Shown piece after piece: positions 35,690 to 46,661 of a DNA stretch of 64,000 bases; position 1 is the first letter of the stretch; every line of letters starts with the position of its first letter. Source of the DNA: Amphiscolops sp. MND2022 (lineage: Eukaryota). The stretch spans positions 48,794,001 through 48,858,000 of the forward strand of contig OZ076413.1 of assembly GCA_964187785.1 (NCBI GenBank), in the 5' to 3' direction. Position numbers and translations under genes: made by a program. Under the pieces are notes generated by a model. The model saw nothing but the letters and a program-made list of their open reading frames with translations, was not told the origin of the DNA and made no database searches.

Positions 35690-36011
35690 TTATAGAAGTG
35701 AACGGGCGAAGGCTAAGGTCACTGAAAAACTCATCAAAGAAATAAAGCAAAAAACCTTGATTCAACATCCTTTCACCTTGTACGAGGTTCTTTTCGTCAA
35801 GGAAGATGCGGATGAAGAGACAATCAAACGGAATTACAAGAAATTAGCGTCTCTAACTCATCCTGATGTGAATGGCTGCGAAGAACAGTTTATATCTATC
35901 CACAGAGCTTATTCCGTACTTTCAAATAAAATGGCCAGAGAATTGTATAACTTGTTTGGACATGAGCGTGCTGAGGAAGAGTTGTCAAGACAATCAAGGA
36001 GGAGCGATTAA
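35690..36011 (+). CDS. J-domain (DnaJ/Hsp40-type) ORF; start codon unclear
   Basis: TLYEVLFVKEDADEETIKRNYKKLASLTHPDVNGCEEQFISIHRAYSVLSNKMARELYNLFG has the four-helix J-domain pattern with an intact HPD. Confidence 0.85.
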
Positions 36012-36470
36012 AACAAAGATATATTTGAAAAATTTTTTTTAAAAAATAAACAAAAAAGAGGGAACGGGGTTCGTTCCCTAACAAATGAAATACAAGCGAA
36101 CGGGTTGCGATCGATTGAGTAGAGATGGGTTACATCTCCTCAGGAAAAATTCAGACCGGGCTTCGCTCTGATAAAACTGGATCTAACTGCAATGAAAATA
36201 ACTGCAACAGCCTAATTGTTGTGATAAACTTATTAAATAGTTTCAGCTATTGTTTATTGTTGGTGTTGGTTGCCTCTTATTCAAAGATTTCTGTTTGAGT
36301 AGGCCGTCAGGGATTTTAGAGAGAGGCAGAAAGTGGACGAGCAAGTTTGCCCGAAAACCGACAAGAGACAGTGAAGCCCATAGTCTTCTCCAGACCATAG
36401 GTATCACGAGTCGTGTGCTTTTTCGTTTTTGTCTGGAGTAGTCTTACTTGCAAGCCCGGTCAATCCAAAT

Positions 36471-37578
36471 ATGGCTAAACAAAAAAGGGCAAAATCACAA
36501 TCCGAAAATCAAACAAAATCCGTTCCTTGCAATATCTGCGAAAAGGAAGTCTCTGAAGGCGTATGCTGTGATGGCTGTGAAAATTGGGCCCATGCCAAAT
36601 GTATCTTTCCTGGCCTCACATTCAGCATCCTGAAAAGTCCAAATTTAATCTACCGATGTGATGACTGCATCTCGCACAAGAATGTGAAGAACACTTTATC
36701 AGAGCTCAAAAGCAGTGTCGACGATCTGTCAAAAGCAATAGCACCCAGATTAGTTTTCATGCAGGAAAAATCGCAGAAGTTAGAGAATACAGTGAAAACG
36801 AACGCCACTTACGCTGAACGTGTCAAACAAGCGCCCAATCTGTCAAGCACAAGTCAGCCCCGTCAACAAAACACATGGGACGCCAAAAACTCCTTTGTTG
36901 TAAATAAAATCAGGAATTTCAATGACGCACGAGACTCGAGCAGCATTAAAACAGTCCTCAGTCACCACTTTCCACGAACTAAATTCCTGCACACCATGAA
37001 AACTGCGGATGGACGTATAATAGTAGAAACAGAAAATGAAAACACTGCCAAAGAAATAACTCAAAAATGGCCAGAAAACCTTTTTGGAGGCTCAGAGTGC
37101 AGAGAAACGAAAGCCAAGAGACCACTCAACCTCATCCTCAAAGGTGTACCATCACCAGATCACGTAAAAGACACGGGTGTTGATGAAAAAGATTTACAGG
37201 AGGAAATTTCAGGAAGTCCCAGGAAGTATCGTAACCCGCGTCAAAAGACAAGACAATACCCCATTGAAACTGCTGAAAATAACACTCGAAAATGAAGAAC
37301 AAGTGGAAGGTGTGCTCAAGTCTGGGGTGTGCATTGGAAATCTCTGGATTCAACCAGAGATTGAATACCGCCCACCCAAGGTTGTACAATGTTTCAAATG
37401 CCTCAAATTTGGGCATATTTCAGCTTGCTGCAAATCGAAGCACGAATACTGTAGCATTTGTTCGCAAGAAGGCCATAATCACAAGAACTGTACCAACAGG
37501 GAGAACGAAAAGTGTAAAATTGTAACGGAAGTCACGCTGCAGTTTCCAGGTACTGCCCAGTCAAGCAAGAGAAATTAG
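36471..37578 (+). pseudogene. LINE ORF1: PHD finger plus gag-like CCHC knuckles (one frameshift)
   Basis: CNIC...CCDGCENWAHAKC...YRCDDC; QCFKCLKFGHISAC; CSICSQEGHNHKNC. Confidence 0.85.
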
Positions 37579-37648
37579 AAGAATTATGCTCTCGAAAACA
37601 ATACCCGATTCCAAGCTGGTTGGCCAAACTAAAACATAACCGATCAAA

Positions 37649-40600
37649 ATGACGGACCACCGAACACTCTCCACACAGCACAAATCCTTGAAAGCGATGA
37701 CGGTCAACATAAATGGACTTTCAAAGCATTCCTATGAAATCGTCCACCAATATATGGTAACAAACAGCGTGCAGATCTCCTGCGTCACGGAGACGAAGAA
37801 ACAAAATACAGACGTTCTCGACTTTCCTGGATATTTAACCATACTAAACAATTCCTCTTCAAAACCTGGTCAATCAGGAGGAGTTCTTTTAGCTCTCGAT
37901 GTCAACATCAAGCCGAGCGTTTTTAATTTTGAAATCGAAATCCAGCACTCTACTTGGGCAATTTGTAACGTCTCGAGGAAAAGCATTCTAGTAGGGGGAG
38001 TTTACTGCCGTCCAAATAGTATAGAGAAATGAAAAGAGTTCTCTATGAAATTAGATCAGCAATAAAAAAGGAAAAGATTTGGGCGTGTCCAATTTTCTTC
38101 TCCTTGGCGACTTCAATGCAAGGCACCCTAGCTGGGGCGACAAAAACAATGCTCAAGGGGAAATTTTGAACGACTTCCTACAACAAGAAGAACTCATAGC
38201 TCTTAATGATGGGGAGCCCACATTCACATGCACAAATGGAAAAAGTGTAATCGACTTAGTTTTATGCAACGCCAATCTACACAGATTTTTTTGCGGCCTC
38301 GCAATAGACTATTACACTGAAATGTACACTGGCGCCCCAAACAGAGGCCATTACCAAGTTATTGCCACATTCGATATCACAGGAAACAGCAGATCCACTC
38401 ATGTAAAAGACTGAAAAAACCGACTGAAAAAAATGGAGGGAGACCCTAGAAAATTGCGTTCAATCGCGATGGCCTGAAATTGACGAATGCTATGATGCTA
38501 CATGTTTTTGGGGCATCCTGCTGCAATGTATCAGCGAAGCAGCCAATCTTACTATACCTCTCAAGCAAATCACTTCACACTCAAAGCCATAATTTAATGA
38601 AGAGTTGAAAATGCTTTCACTTCAACTCCGAAAAGCCAGGAAAAAAATGAAACTCAGATCGGACCCCATAAACACCTTCATTTATTAAACCCTCAAACGA
38701 CAATTTCGGACTACCTTGATGAAGTCAAAAGCTGAGCAATATAAAACTTGTGCGGAAACCCTAAACGCCAGCAAGGGCTCAGATTTCTGGAAAGCCAAAA
38801 ATTTGTTTACTCGTACAAGAGAATTAATACCAATGGGATGTCTTATTTCAAATGGCAAAGTTCCAGATAGTGACGCTGATAAGTTTGAACATCTTCGCAC
38901 TACGTTTTTCTCCGACAGTCATCTTCACGGAAATATGTTTGACGAATCTTGGCTGAGAAATGTCGAAGACAAACTCACGGCAAATCTCCATCCGGATTAT
39001 TTGAACCACCGAGCATACAGATAAGAGAAGAAGAGCTTGACAACGCTCTGAAGGAATCTCAAACAAGCAAGAAGTCCTCCGACCCAGGTGGCATACAACC
39101 ACTCATGCTTCGTCAAACCGGAACTTTCTTCAAAATTGCCTGCCTCAAGTTTTTTAACCTCTGCTTACATGCAGGCACCTACATTTGGAATTTAGGTAAA
39201 GTCATTTTCCTCCGAAAACCTCACAAAGAAGACTATAAAATCGCAAACAGTTACAGACCAATTACACTCACTTCCTACGTAGGAAAGCTGTTTGAACGCA
39301 TAATAGAGAGACGATTGAGAAATGACTTGGAGGCGAAAGGGCTGATCGATGACAGCCAAGAAGGATTCAGAAAGCGGAGAGGCACTGGTAGATGCATTTA
39401 TAAACTCTTAGACAATATTCAAAATATTATTGAGCAAGGAAAAGTTGCGGCTGCCCTTTTCATCGACCTCGAGAAAGCATTCGACTAGATTTGGATTGAC
39501 GGTCTCGAGTACAAACTCCGTGAAGCAGGAATAAACAGCTACATTTTGAACATCATTGACCATTATCTCCAAAACAGAAACGTTTACATCGAAATAGGCA
39601 AGAACCAATCAGAAAGCTTCAAGCCAGAAGTTGGCCTCCCTCAAGGAAGCATTCTCTCCCCAATCTTATTTATCTTTTACATTGCAGAAATGTTCCAAGA
39701 ATGCAAAGGTAAAACTGAAAAGTACGCTGAGGACGCCACACATGTTTCAGCAGGTGACTCGATTGAAGAAGCTCTGTCGCATCTTCAAAAAGATTGCGAA
39801 GAAATTACAAAATGGATTGGAAAGTGGCGTCTTAAAATCTCGGGGCCGAAAACAGAAGTTGTCATCTTTTCAAGTATCCGTGAAGAAATCCGAGAACCTA
39901 CAAAGAATATAGTGTTGCAAGGAAACACAATAAAGTTCGCGAGAGAGTCAACAGCGCTCGGTATCACAGTCGATAACAAATTGAATTTTTGAGCACAATT
40001 CGAGAAATGTTCAAGAAAAACAGGAGAAGCCATGGGAGTTTTGGAACCTCTTGTACAGAATCAATTCATCACGCCTTTCACCATTTTGAAACTTATGAAT
40101 TGCGTGGTGATCCCTGTGTGGACATACCTGAGTCATATTTGGGCCAATCCGACTGCATTCAGAACAGGCAGCTTATGGTACAAGATATTATCGAAATCTT
40201 CAAATACCAAATACAAACACGAGCTCACCAAAATGGAATACATATGTAGTCAATTTCCAATCGATCTTGAGATTCAATTATCACAAGCTAAGTTTGCCCA
40301 TAAAAACGGTTTTGACTCTGACCAGTGTTCAAGAGCCTTATCAGACTCCGATAGCAAAGTATCGAGGTCACTACATTCCAGCCTCCGAGGTTTTGCAAGA
40401 TTTTCAGGTATCGCACCGGGTGAAAAATACTCAAAACGAATCTGTGAACACTATAGAATCGAATTATGGAATCGCCGATTGAGAAATATATTGCTAGAAT
40501 TCCCTCAAATAGAATCGACAGAACCTTTGATACCAAGATATTTCAGCAAACATGCTACCAAATTGATAATGGAGATGCTCACAAACCAATGCAATCTACG

Positions 40601-41340
40601 AGACTTTCAATACCAATTATCAAGAACATCGTCACCACTCTGTATCTGCAACCACGAGGAGACGTCTACGCATTTTATCTTTTATTGCAGTTTTTACAAT
40701 AACTTGGGAAAGGAGCACATAAAGTTTGGGTCATTTGAAGGGGAAATGGTCATTTCGCCTAATGCCATTTCGCCTAAAGTCATTTCGCCTAACGTGTTTG
40801 GTCACTTCGCCTAATTTTTTTAGGCAAAACGTCTTTTACTTTGGTCACTTCGCCTATTTTTTTTTCAGAAACGTGAAAAACACATGAAATTGGAAAACAA
40901 TTAAATCGTTTTAGATCTAAAACTGAAAAGTGATATAAAATAGAAAACGTGCCTCGGATATGTCCCATTCCTTCTAGTGCCCCGCGGCCCCTTGGGGCCG
41001 CTTATGTTCCATCTTGCTAAGCGAGGTCGAACAGGAGCAAAGACCTAGCGGGAACGGAGATCGCGAAGCGATCGTAGTGGGAGCTGGTCTTTGCGACGGT
41101 GAGGGCGAGTGTGCATACACCGCATATGCCCCACATTTTGATATTTTCGCTTTCAGAAAGCCTTTTTCGAAACATGATTATTTAGACGTTATTCCCGTTT
41201 GATCATTTCGCCTAATTTTCTTAGGCGAAATGACTCAACTAAATTTTTAGGCGAAATGGCATTAGGCGAAATGACCTGCATCCATTTGAAGATTTAATAA
41301 GAAAAAGAAGCCATAGTGATATGATTAACCTGTTGGACTT
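37649..41340 (+). pseudogene. LINE ORF2: APE endonuclease, RT, C-terminal Cys/His motif
   Basis: VNINGL...CVTET, LLGDFNARH, IDLVL; YRPITLTSYVGK, FIDLEKAFD, GLPQGSILSP; CICNHEETSTHFIFYC. Interrupted by the MITE at 40741. Confidence 0.9.
40741..41283. mobile_element. MITE with GG termini and 8-bp TSD, inserted in LINE ORF2
   Basis: TSD ATTTGAAG at 40733-40740 and 41284-41291; TIR core GGTCATTTCGCCTAATGCCATTTCGCCTAA at both ends. Confidence 0.9.
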
Positions 41341-41603
41341 TATCAAAAAATCGTCCCGTTTCTGTAATTTGTGAGAACTAAAACTCACCTGATGCAAAGA
41401 AATCATGATCATTTGTAAATTTCATATATTTGTATAATCATGGCCTGCAAAGAGAGGCATTCTTTCCTGGAATTTATATATATATAACTGCAATGAACTA
41501 TACGAACGAGCGTCGTTCTCGAAAGAGATGGGTATCATCACGCGAAAATATATACTCCGAAAATCCTTCAAATTCAACAAAACGTTCATCTCGGAACGTA
41601 ACA

Positions 41604-41850
41604 TAATGATGCGGATAAACCCCGAGACCACCCATCTCAGCAGGCAGAGCCAGCTGAGTACTCGAAATATCGTCGAAGTTCACGTTACACACTTTGGAAA
41701 GCCGTTACACACGGTTTTGTCATATTTCTCCAAGAGAGCTGGATGAGAAATGTACTGGTTCTCAGGAAGTACAACAACTTTGGCAAACTGAAGCAATTTT
41801 TTCAACATAAAAAAATCTTAGTGTGCATCTAGTTTTTCAACAATCCCATT
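41604..41850 (-). mobile_element. Upstream part of the CRE element split by the Gypsy
   Basis: Minus strand LKNCFSLPKLLYFLRT...CNVNFDDISSTQLALPAEMGGLGV. Confidence 0.85.
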
Positions 41851-41935
41851 ATTTTTTTCCAGTTCATTAATTTTCTTTTCCAATAAGTCTGCTTGTGATT
41901 TCAGGCCGAGCGGTGAACCACATGGCACTTGGTTG

Positions 41936-43469
41936 CAGGGGTCCGCAATTAAAAATTGATGAAGCAATAATTGCAATTATAATTGATCAATTAATTGATT
42001 TTCTCATCTTGCATTTTTCAATTATTGGAAATTAACAAGCCAATTATTGCAATAATTGATTGAGCGCAATGCATTATCTTTTTCAGGTTTGAAATGACAT
42101 CTAAAGTTGAAGCGCCAAAAGACTACAAGGCTTTAACGAAGAAGTATTTCACTAAACTAGAGAATGATGTTTACAAGTGCCACTGTGGAAAACTTCTAAA
42201 AAGGAAAGATGGTACAGGCTGGTCTAACCTAATGCAACATATCCGTTCTCAACATGGAAACGACAATACATCTATTTCGGATCAGCAGACGCTTCGATTT
42301 ATGCATTGCCGGTCAGAGTGCTAGCGACATGTACGAATATATCTCATTCGTTTTATCGCAATATGGCAAGACCATGAACAACGTTGTAGCAATTATCGCC
42401 GACAACTGTGAAGCCAACAAATGCTTGAGTGATCAATGCGAGGTTCCACTCATCGGTTGTCATTCCCACCGACTTGCATTGGCAGTGAAAGAGTTCCTCA
42501 AACAGGACGAAGCTGTCTTGAGCAAGGTTCATGCTTTGATGGTGAAATTGGAGTCTCCCAATCTGTCGGGTGAACTCAAAAAGTATACTAGCTTGCGACC
42601 TATTGTCAATAACACTACACGTTGGCTCAGTGTTATGCAAATGATTGAGAGATACATGAAGATCAAAGATCACCTACAGCATATACCAGCAATGATATCC
42701 TTCATGCTATGCCCCGCGGAAGATGCTCGTCTCAAAGAACTCGGCGAGCTTTTGGAGCCCTTGAAATCGGTTACTCTTGCCCTTCAGCGCTCAGACATGG
42801 ATATGGCAAGTGCACGCCTTCTGCTAGATGAAATCATCAAAAAGGTGTCAATCGATGGTCGCAAGAAGTATATTCATGTCAATAGTAGCATTGTGAAAAA
42901 CAAAGACTTCGAGAATGGCGTCGTAAAAATATTGAACTCTGATGAGAATCTGACTTTGCAAGAGAACTTGGCCGTGAAAAAATTGCGGCTTCATGTCCAA
43001 GAAGTTGAAGAGATGGGGAAGGAGAATGAAGTGCCCTTGGATTTTGCCATGGAAATTCTGAGGAAGAGAAGATGCGAGCGGCGGTCAGATAAATATTTGG
43101 ACTGCAGATTTCTGGTTCCCACGTCGAACTTGATGGAGAGACTTTTCAGCCGGGCTGGATATGCTTATGATGACTTGCGACGGAAGATACAACCTATTTA
43201 TCTGGAGCAGCAGCTGTTTCTGATGTCGAACAAGAGACTGTGGGACCTGAGTCTCGTCAACGAAGTCGTCAACGCTACTGAATGACTCTTTGAGTTCATT
43301 ATTTTTGGGCAAATTTTCATCAATTTTGTCTGAATTTATGCATTGACAACTGTTGTTTTGATTTGCCAATTATTGCAATAATTGTTTCATGAAGTGTCCA
43401 ATTTTCAATTAATTGGTTTTTGAAATTTTAAATGCCAATTTAATTGCAATTAATAATTGCGGACCCCTG
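41936..43469 (+). mobile_element. hAT DNA transposon, internally deleted, 8-bp TSD
   Basis: TIR CAGGGGTCCGCAATTA at both ends; TSD CTTGGTTG at 41928-41935 and 43470-43477. The target is a short CRE 3' end (41915-41935 plus 43470-43510). Confidence 0.95.
42094..43285 (+). pseudogene. hAT transposase (BED finger, partial core, dimerisation domain)
   Basis: YKCHCG...NLMQHIRSQH; IADNC; GCHSHRLALAV; TRWLS; PTSNLMERLFS. The region carrying the first catalytic Asp appears deleted. Confidence 0.85.
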
Positions 43470-43562
43470 CTTGGTTGATGACGAAGATACATGATATCTG
43501 ATAGAGAAAAAAATTCGTATCATGTATACTACACCAAAGATAATTAACTTCTTCAGTCTGAA

Positions 43563-43746
43563 ATGAACATTTTGCCTCAAAAAAGCTGGCATGTCAGACG
43601 GAAAGAGAATGTTGAACGAGTGAGGCGAGATGAAGCCAAGGCGGAGGAACTTCGCTTGGAACAAGAACGAAGACATACAGCGGCTGAAGCAGAAGCTCTG
43701 CGATCGCGTCTGCGAATTGGCGAAACGACAACCAATGAGATTTATG
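43563..43746 (+). CDS. LENG1: LENG1-like protein (Cir_N domain), coding exon 1
   Basis: [27 protein letters not shown] matches the LENG1 N-terminus ([25 protein letters not shown]); phase-1 donor G|GTTAG at 43746/43747. Confidence 0.85.
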
Positions 43747-43889
43747 GTTAGCTTCTTCACTTCCGATATCATAGTGTCAAGGCTCGGACACTTTAAATCG
43801 TGTTTGAAACATTGAAATTTTTTGTGTAAAACGTTCAAAACTTTAGATCTATCGCTAAAATACGCTTGAAAATACGACCTAAGAACTGA

Positions 43890-44110
43890 GTTTACTGTAG
43901 TGAGCGAAGACAGAAAGCAAGTTCGTTGGCTTTCTCAATTGAGATTCGATTTCGTGTTTCGTCGTGGACGAAGCCCAGAGAGCCAAAAATATGTTCCAAG
44001 TCTGACGAACTTCGAATAAGAACCAGAAGCGCATCGGCAACTTTCATGACGTCTTCCGCCAAATTGCCCAATATTACTTGCGATTTTAGGAACTTGAAAA
44101 TATCTACAAC
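43890..44110 (-). pseudogene. hAT dimerisation-domain fragment
   Basis: Unlisted minus frame: SSSDLEHIFGSLGFVHDETRNRISIEKANELAFCLRSLQ. Confidence 0.6.
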
Positions 44111-45059
44111 TGAATTGAAAACAATTGAACAAAACGGTTTTTGCCATGTTTAAACGTGTTTTAAACACGGCATGTTTGAAACATGCGAACCCTGCGTAGT
44201 GTCCTATTACCTAAACTTCATTTTACACATAATGGTGGTGTTTGTTACATCGTTAATGCTTTTTCGTTGAGTAGTCAATCTGCTTCTGGCTTATTACGCG
44301 CGAAAGTGCATCAAAACAACGACAGGATCTAAAAGAAAAATCATAATCAGGAATTGACAACCGTGATGATGATACTGTCTAGATTGCGCTTCACAAAAAA
44401 TCCTTGAATTTGTTAAGTGCTCTACCGCTGAGTGAGTATAAATTCAACCTAAGTTCAGGTACGATATCGCTCTCAAATACGGCTTTGAAAATCCTCAAAA
44501 TCGTACACAGTAACGCACGCCAATGAAGTTAGATCCGTTTGTCAAGGTCTTTGAAGTTTGGTTTAGCGGTAGTAATAAATACCGGGAACGTCATAGACTT
44601 AAAGTAATACAGATCTAATTTTCAAACAGCAAAAGCAAGGGAGCGAAGCGACCGAGCCACCCATACAACAAATATGCTAACCTCTTCAAATAAATAAGTT
44701 CCATACATCTTGGCGGCAACAGCACTAAAAGCTAGTAATTTGAATTCTGCTGTTTTGGGATCTATTTAGTAAATTCGGTTGTATGAGTAGTCACCAGAAA
44801 TTAGATGTATTACATTGTCTGTAGTAGTTGACTCTTAAATACTAATGAGTTGTCCCGTAGTGTCGCCCTTTTATAATCTCTTTTGCCGAGAAAACCATTA
44901 TAAATGAAAAATTGCGTTGTGTCAGGGTTGTTATGTTGAATTAACAAGCCTTTTTTGAACTGTTTTTAACACCAGTTTTTTTTAACCATGTTATCAAATG
45001 TTAAAAATTCCATGGGTTTTAGTCAAAGTGTTGAAAGTATTTCTAGTTTTAAAAAGTTG

Positions 45060-45210
45060 CAATTTCGTTGGCGTCTGCCGCTTCCTTTTCAGGAGGCTTG
45101 GAACGCTGTTTCTTTATGCTGCGAACCACTTACGGAAAGTTGCGAACATTGATGGGCGTTGAGAAGGCCGGTAAACTGGCGTTTATGTACCTTCAAATGA
45201 ACAAAGTGAT
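45060..45210 (+). pseudogene. hAT dimerisation-domain fragment
   Basis: SAASFSGGLERCFFMLRTTYGKLRTLMGVEKAGKLAFMY. Confidence 0.6.
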
Positions 45211-45499
45211 AGAATCAATTTGTGAAAAAATTTGTTTTGGATGTTATTATTTTAAACATTTATAAATTTTACATTTTTAACTTACAGCTTAACAGCCCTG
45301 CGTTGTGTTGGGTTTTAATTAGAAGGGGGAAATGTGTTCGATAAGAATTTAACTTTGAAATAAGGTTTTTATTATTTTTTAAGAGTCAATGACTGATGTA
45401 CGAATTGTACGAAAAGCTTTTCACTACATTGTTTTTACTTTTTTCCCTCATAAAATGATAAAGATGATCTTCAAGCAGAGAGGTTTTTTCAAGCAAAAA

Positions 45500-46260
45500 T
45501 GTTAGATGATCTTGAGGAACACTATTAAGGAACCTTCTATCCAAATCCTTTTGTGGCACTTGTTGCCGAAGAAAAGATTCCTTGAAGATTCCCGTTTTGA
45601 ATTGTTGGAGATGAGAAAATGCTTCAATTGTTGTAATCTAAAAGGGGAAATTTTCATTCCAAAGAATTTTAAACTTGGCATCTGACTTCTTCGGCTTCTT
45701 CGGAACTCACCACACATTTGCCGGGTTTGATGATGAGCCCTACCTTTTTCATTACTGTGCCAAAAGTGGGTTAACACACTTTTGTGCTATTAAGTCACCG
45801 AAATCCACTGACATACTTTTAAACATGTATTTCACTAATTTTCATTGGATTCCGCTGTTGCCTGTTTTGGATTCCACTAACATATCTAGCTAATGTACAA
45901 AAATGTGTGCACCGAAATCCACTGCTTTTCACTGCCAACCGATTGAAGTTGGCTTCCGTCTCTAGTGTGCAGCGCATTAGTTCGGAGCCCGTGGCGCATT
46001 CAGCTATGGGGACAACGTTATCGCATATGCAATGATGCCTTTGGAAATCAAGATTTTCCGGGGCCCAAGTTGCATTTTTGCTATATTCTCTGAGCTCATC
46101 AAATACAATATTGAACAGGGTAGAGCTTAGAGGACCTGCTTGTTCAATGTTAAATTCGAGTTGTTTTGTCATACATTTCCATGATTGGATCAGGTATCCA
46201 ATCTGGTAGACCAAATGGTTTCAAACTCCTAGCAATGGAGTTGTGGCTAACACTTTTCAA
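45500..46260 (-). pseudogene. Degenerate non-LTR RT fragment
   Basis: NIEQAGPLSSTLFNIVFD resembles the RT QGxPLSxxLF motif. Confidence 0.4.
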
Positions 46261-46283
46261 AATCAATGGCTATGATGTCAGAG

Positions 46284-46661
46284 TGTCAGAGACTGTGGTC
46301 GAGCGGCTATTATAATTTAGTTTTAGAGACATTTCAGTTTTTAAGGAACTTGTTTTATTCGAATGTTCAGTTGGGTCAATTCTCCTTTGCTCAACTTTCT
46401 AACTTTAGAAAAAATACAATTTGGGTTGAAATATTAGTTTTATCATGATAAGAAAGAAAGTTATATTGAGATGAGATAATTTAGCATAGTTGAATCAGTG
46501 TAACAAGTTCTCTGTCTCTCTTTCTTCTGGTCCGCTCGTCCACCTTCTTACTTCGTCCAGTGTGTTCGATTGTCATTGGCTGTCTCTTTTAATTGGCTGT
46601 AACCTGTACTTCAACGAAATTTTGTTATTATAATACAGTTATCCATGACCTTGTCACGACA
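46284..46661 (-). repeat. 3' LTR
   Basis: Preceded on the minus strand by a polypurine tract; ~9 mismatches to the 5' LTR by manual count. Confidence 0.9.

Larger units (their letters stand above)
36197..41484 (+). mobile_element. Full-length but degenerate I/Jockey-group LINE with 13-bp TSD, inserted in the Gypsy 3' LTR region
   Basis: TSD TAACTGCAATGAA at 36184-36196 and 41485-41497; (TA)n tail; ORF1 and ORF2 motifs present. Confidence 0.92.
26929..41603 (+). mobile_element. Env-bearing Gypsy retroelement (~9.4 kb net) with accessory ORFs, inserted in CRE and interrupted by a LINE
   Basis: 4-bp TSD TAAT (26925-26928, 41604-41607); removing the element restores the CRE reading GV-SASLLAHPAFLAS. 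The last ~50 bp (CTTCAAATTCAACAAAACGTTCATCTCGGAACGT[T/A]ACA) are shared by 27420-27466 and 41555-41603. Confidence 0.85.

Noticed and set aside
40950-41010. Standalone Helitron 3' end
   Set aside because: Similarity between copies continues past CTAG and all copies lie within TIR/TSD-bounded MITEs; no Rep/helicase sequence. Kept only as a hypothesis.
45675-45893. Possible internal exon of the LENG1-like gene
   Set aside because: No LENG1 similarity, overlaps a degenerate RT fragment, and exon 1 already joins 63380 in phase.
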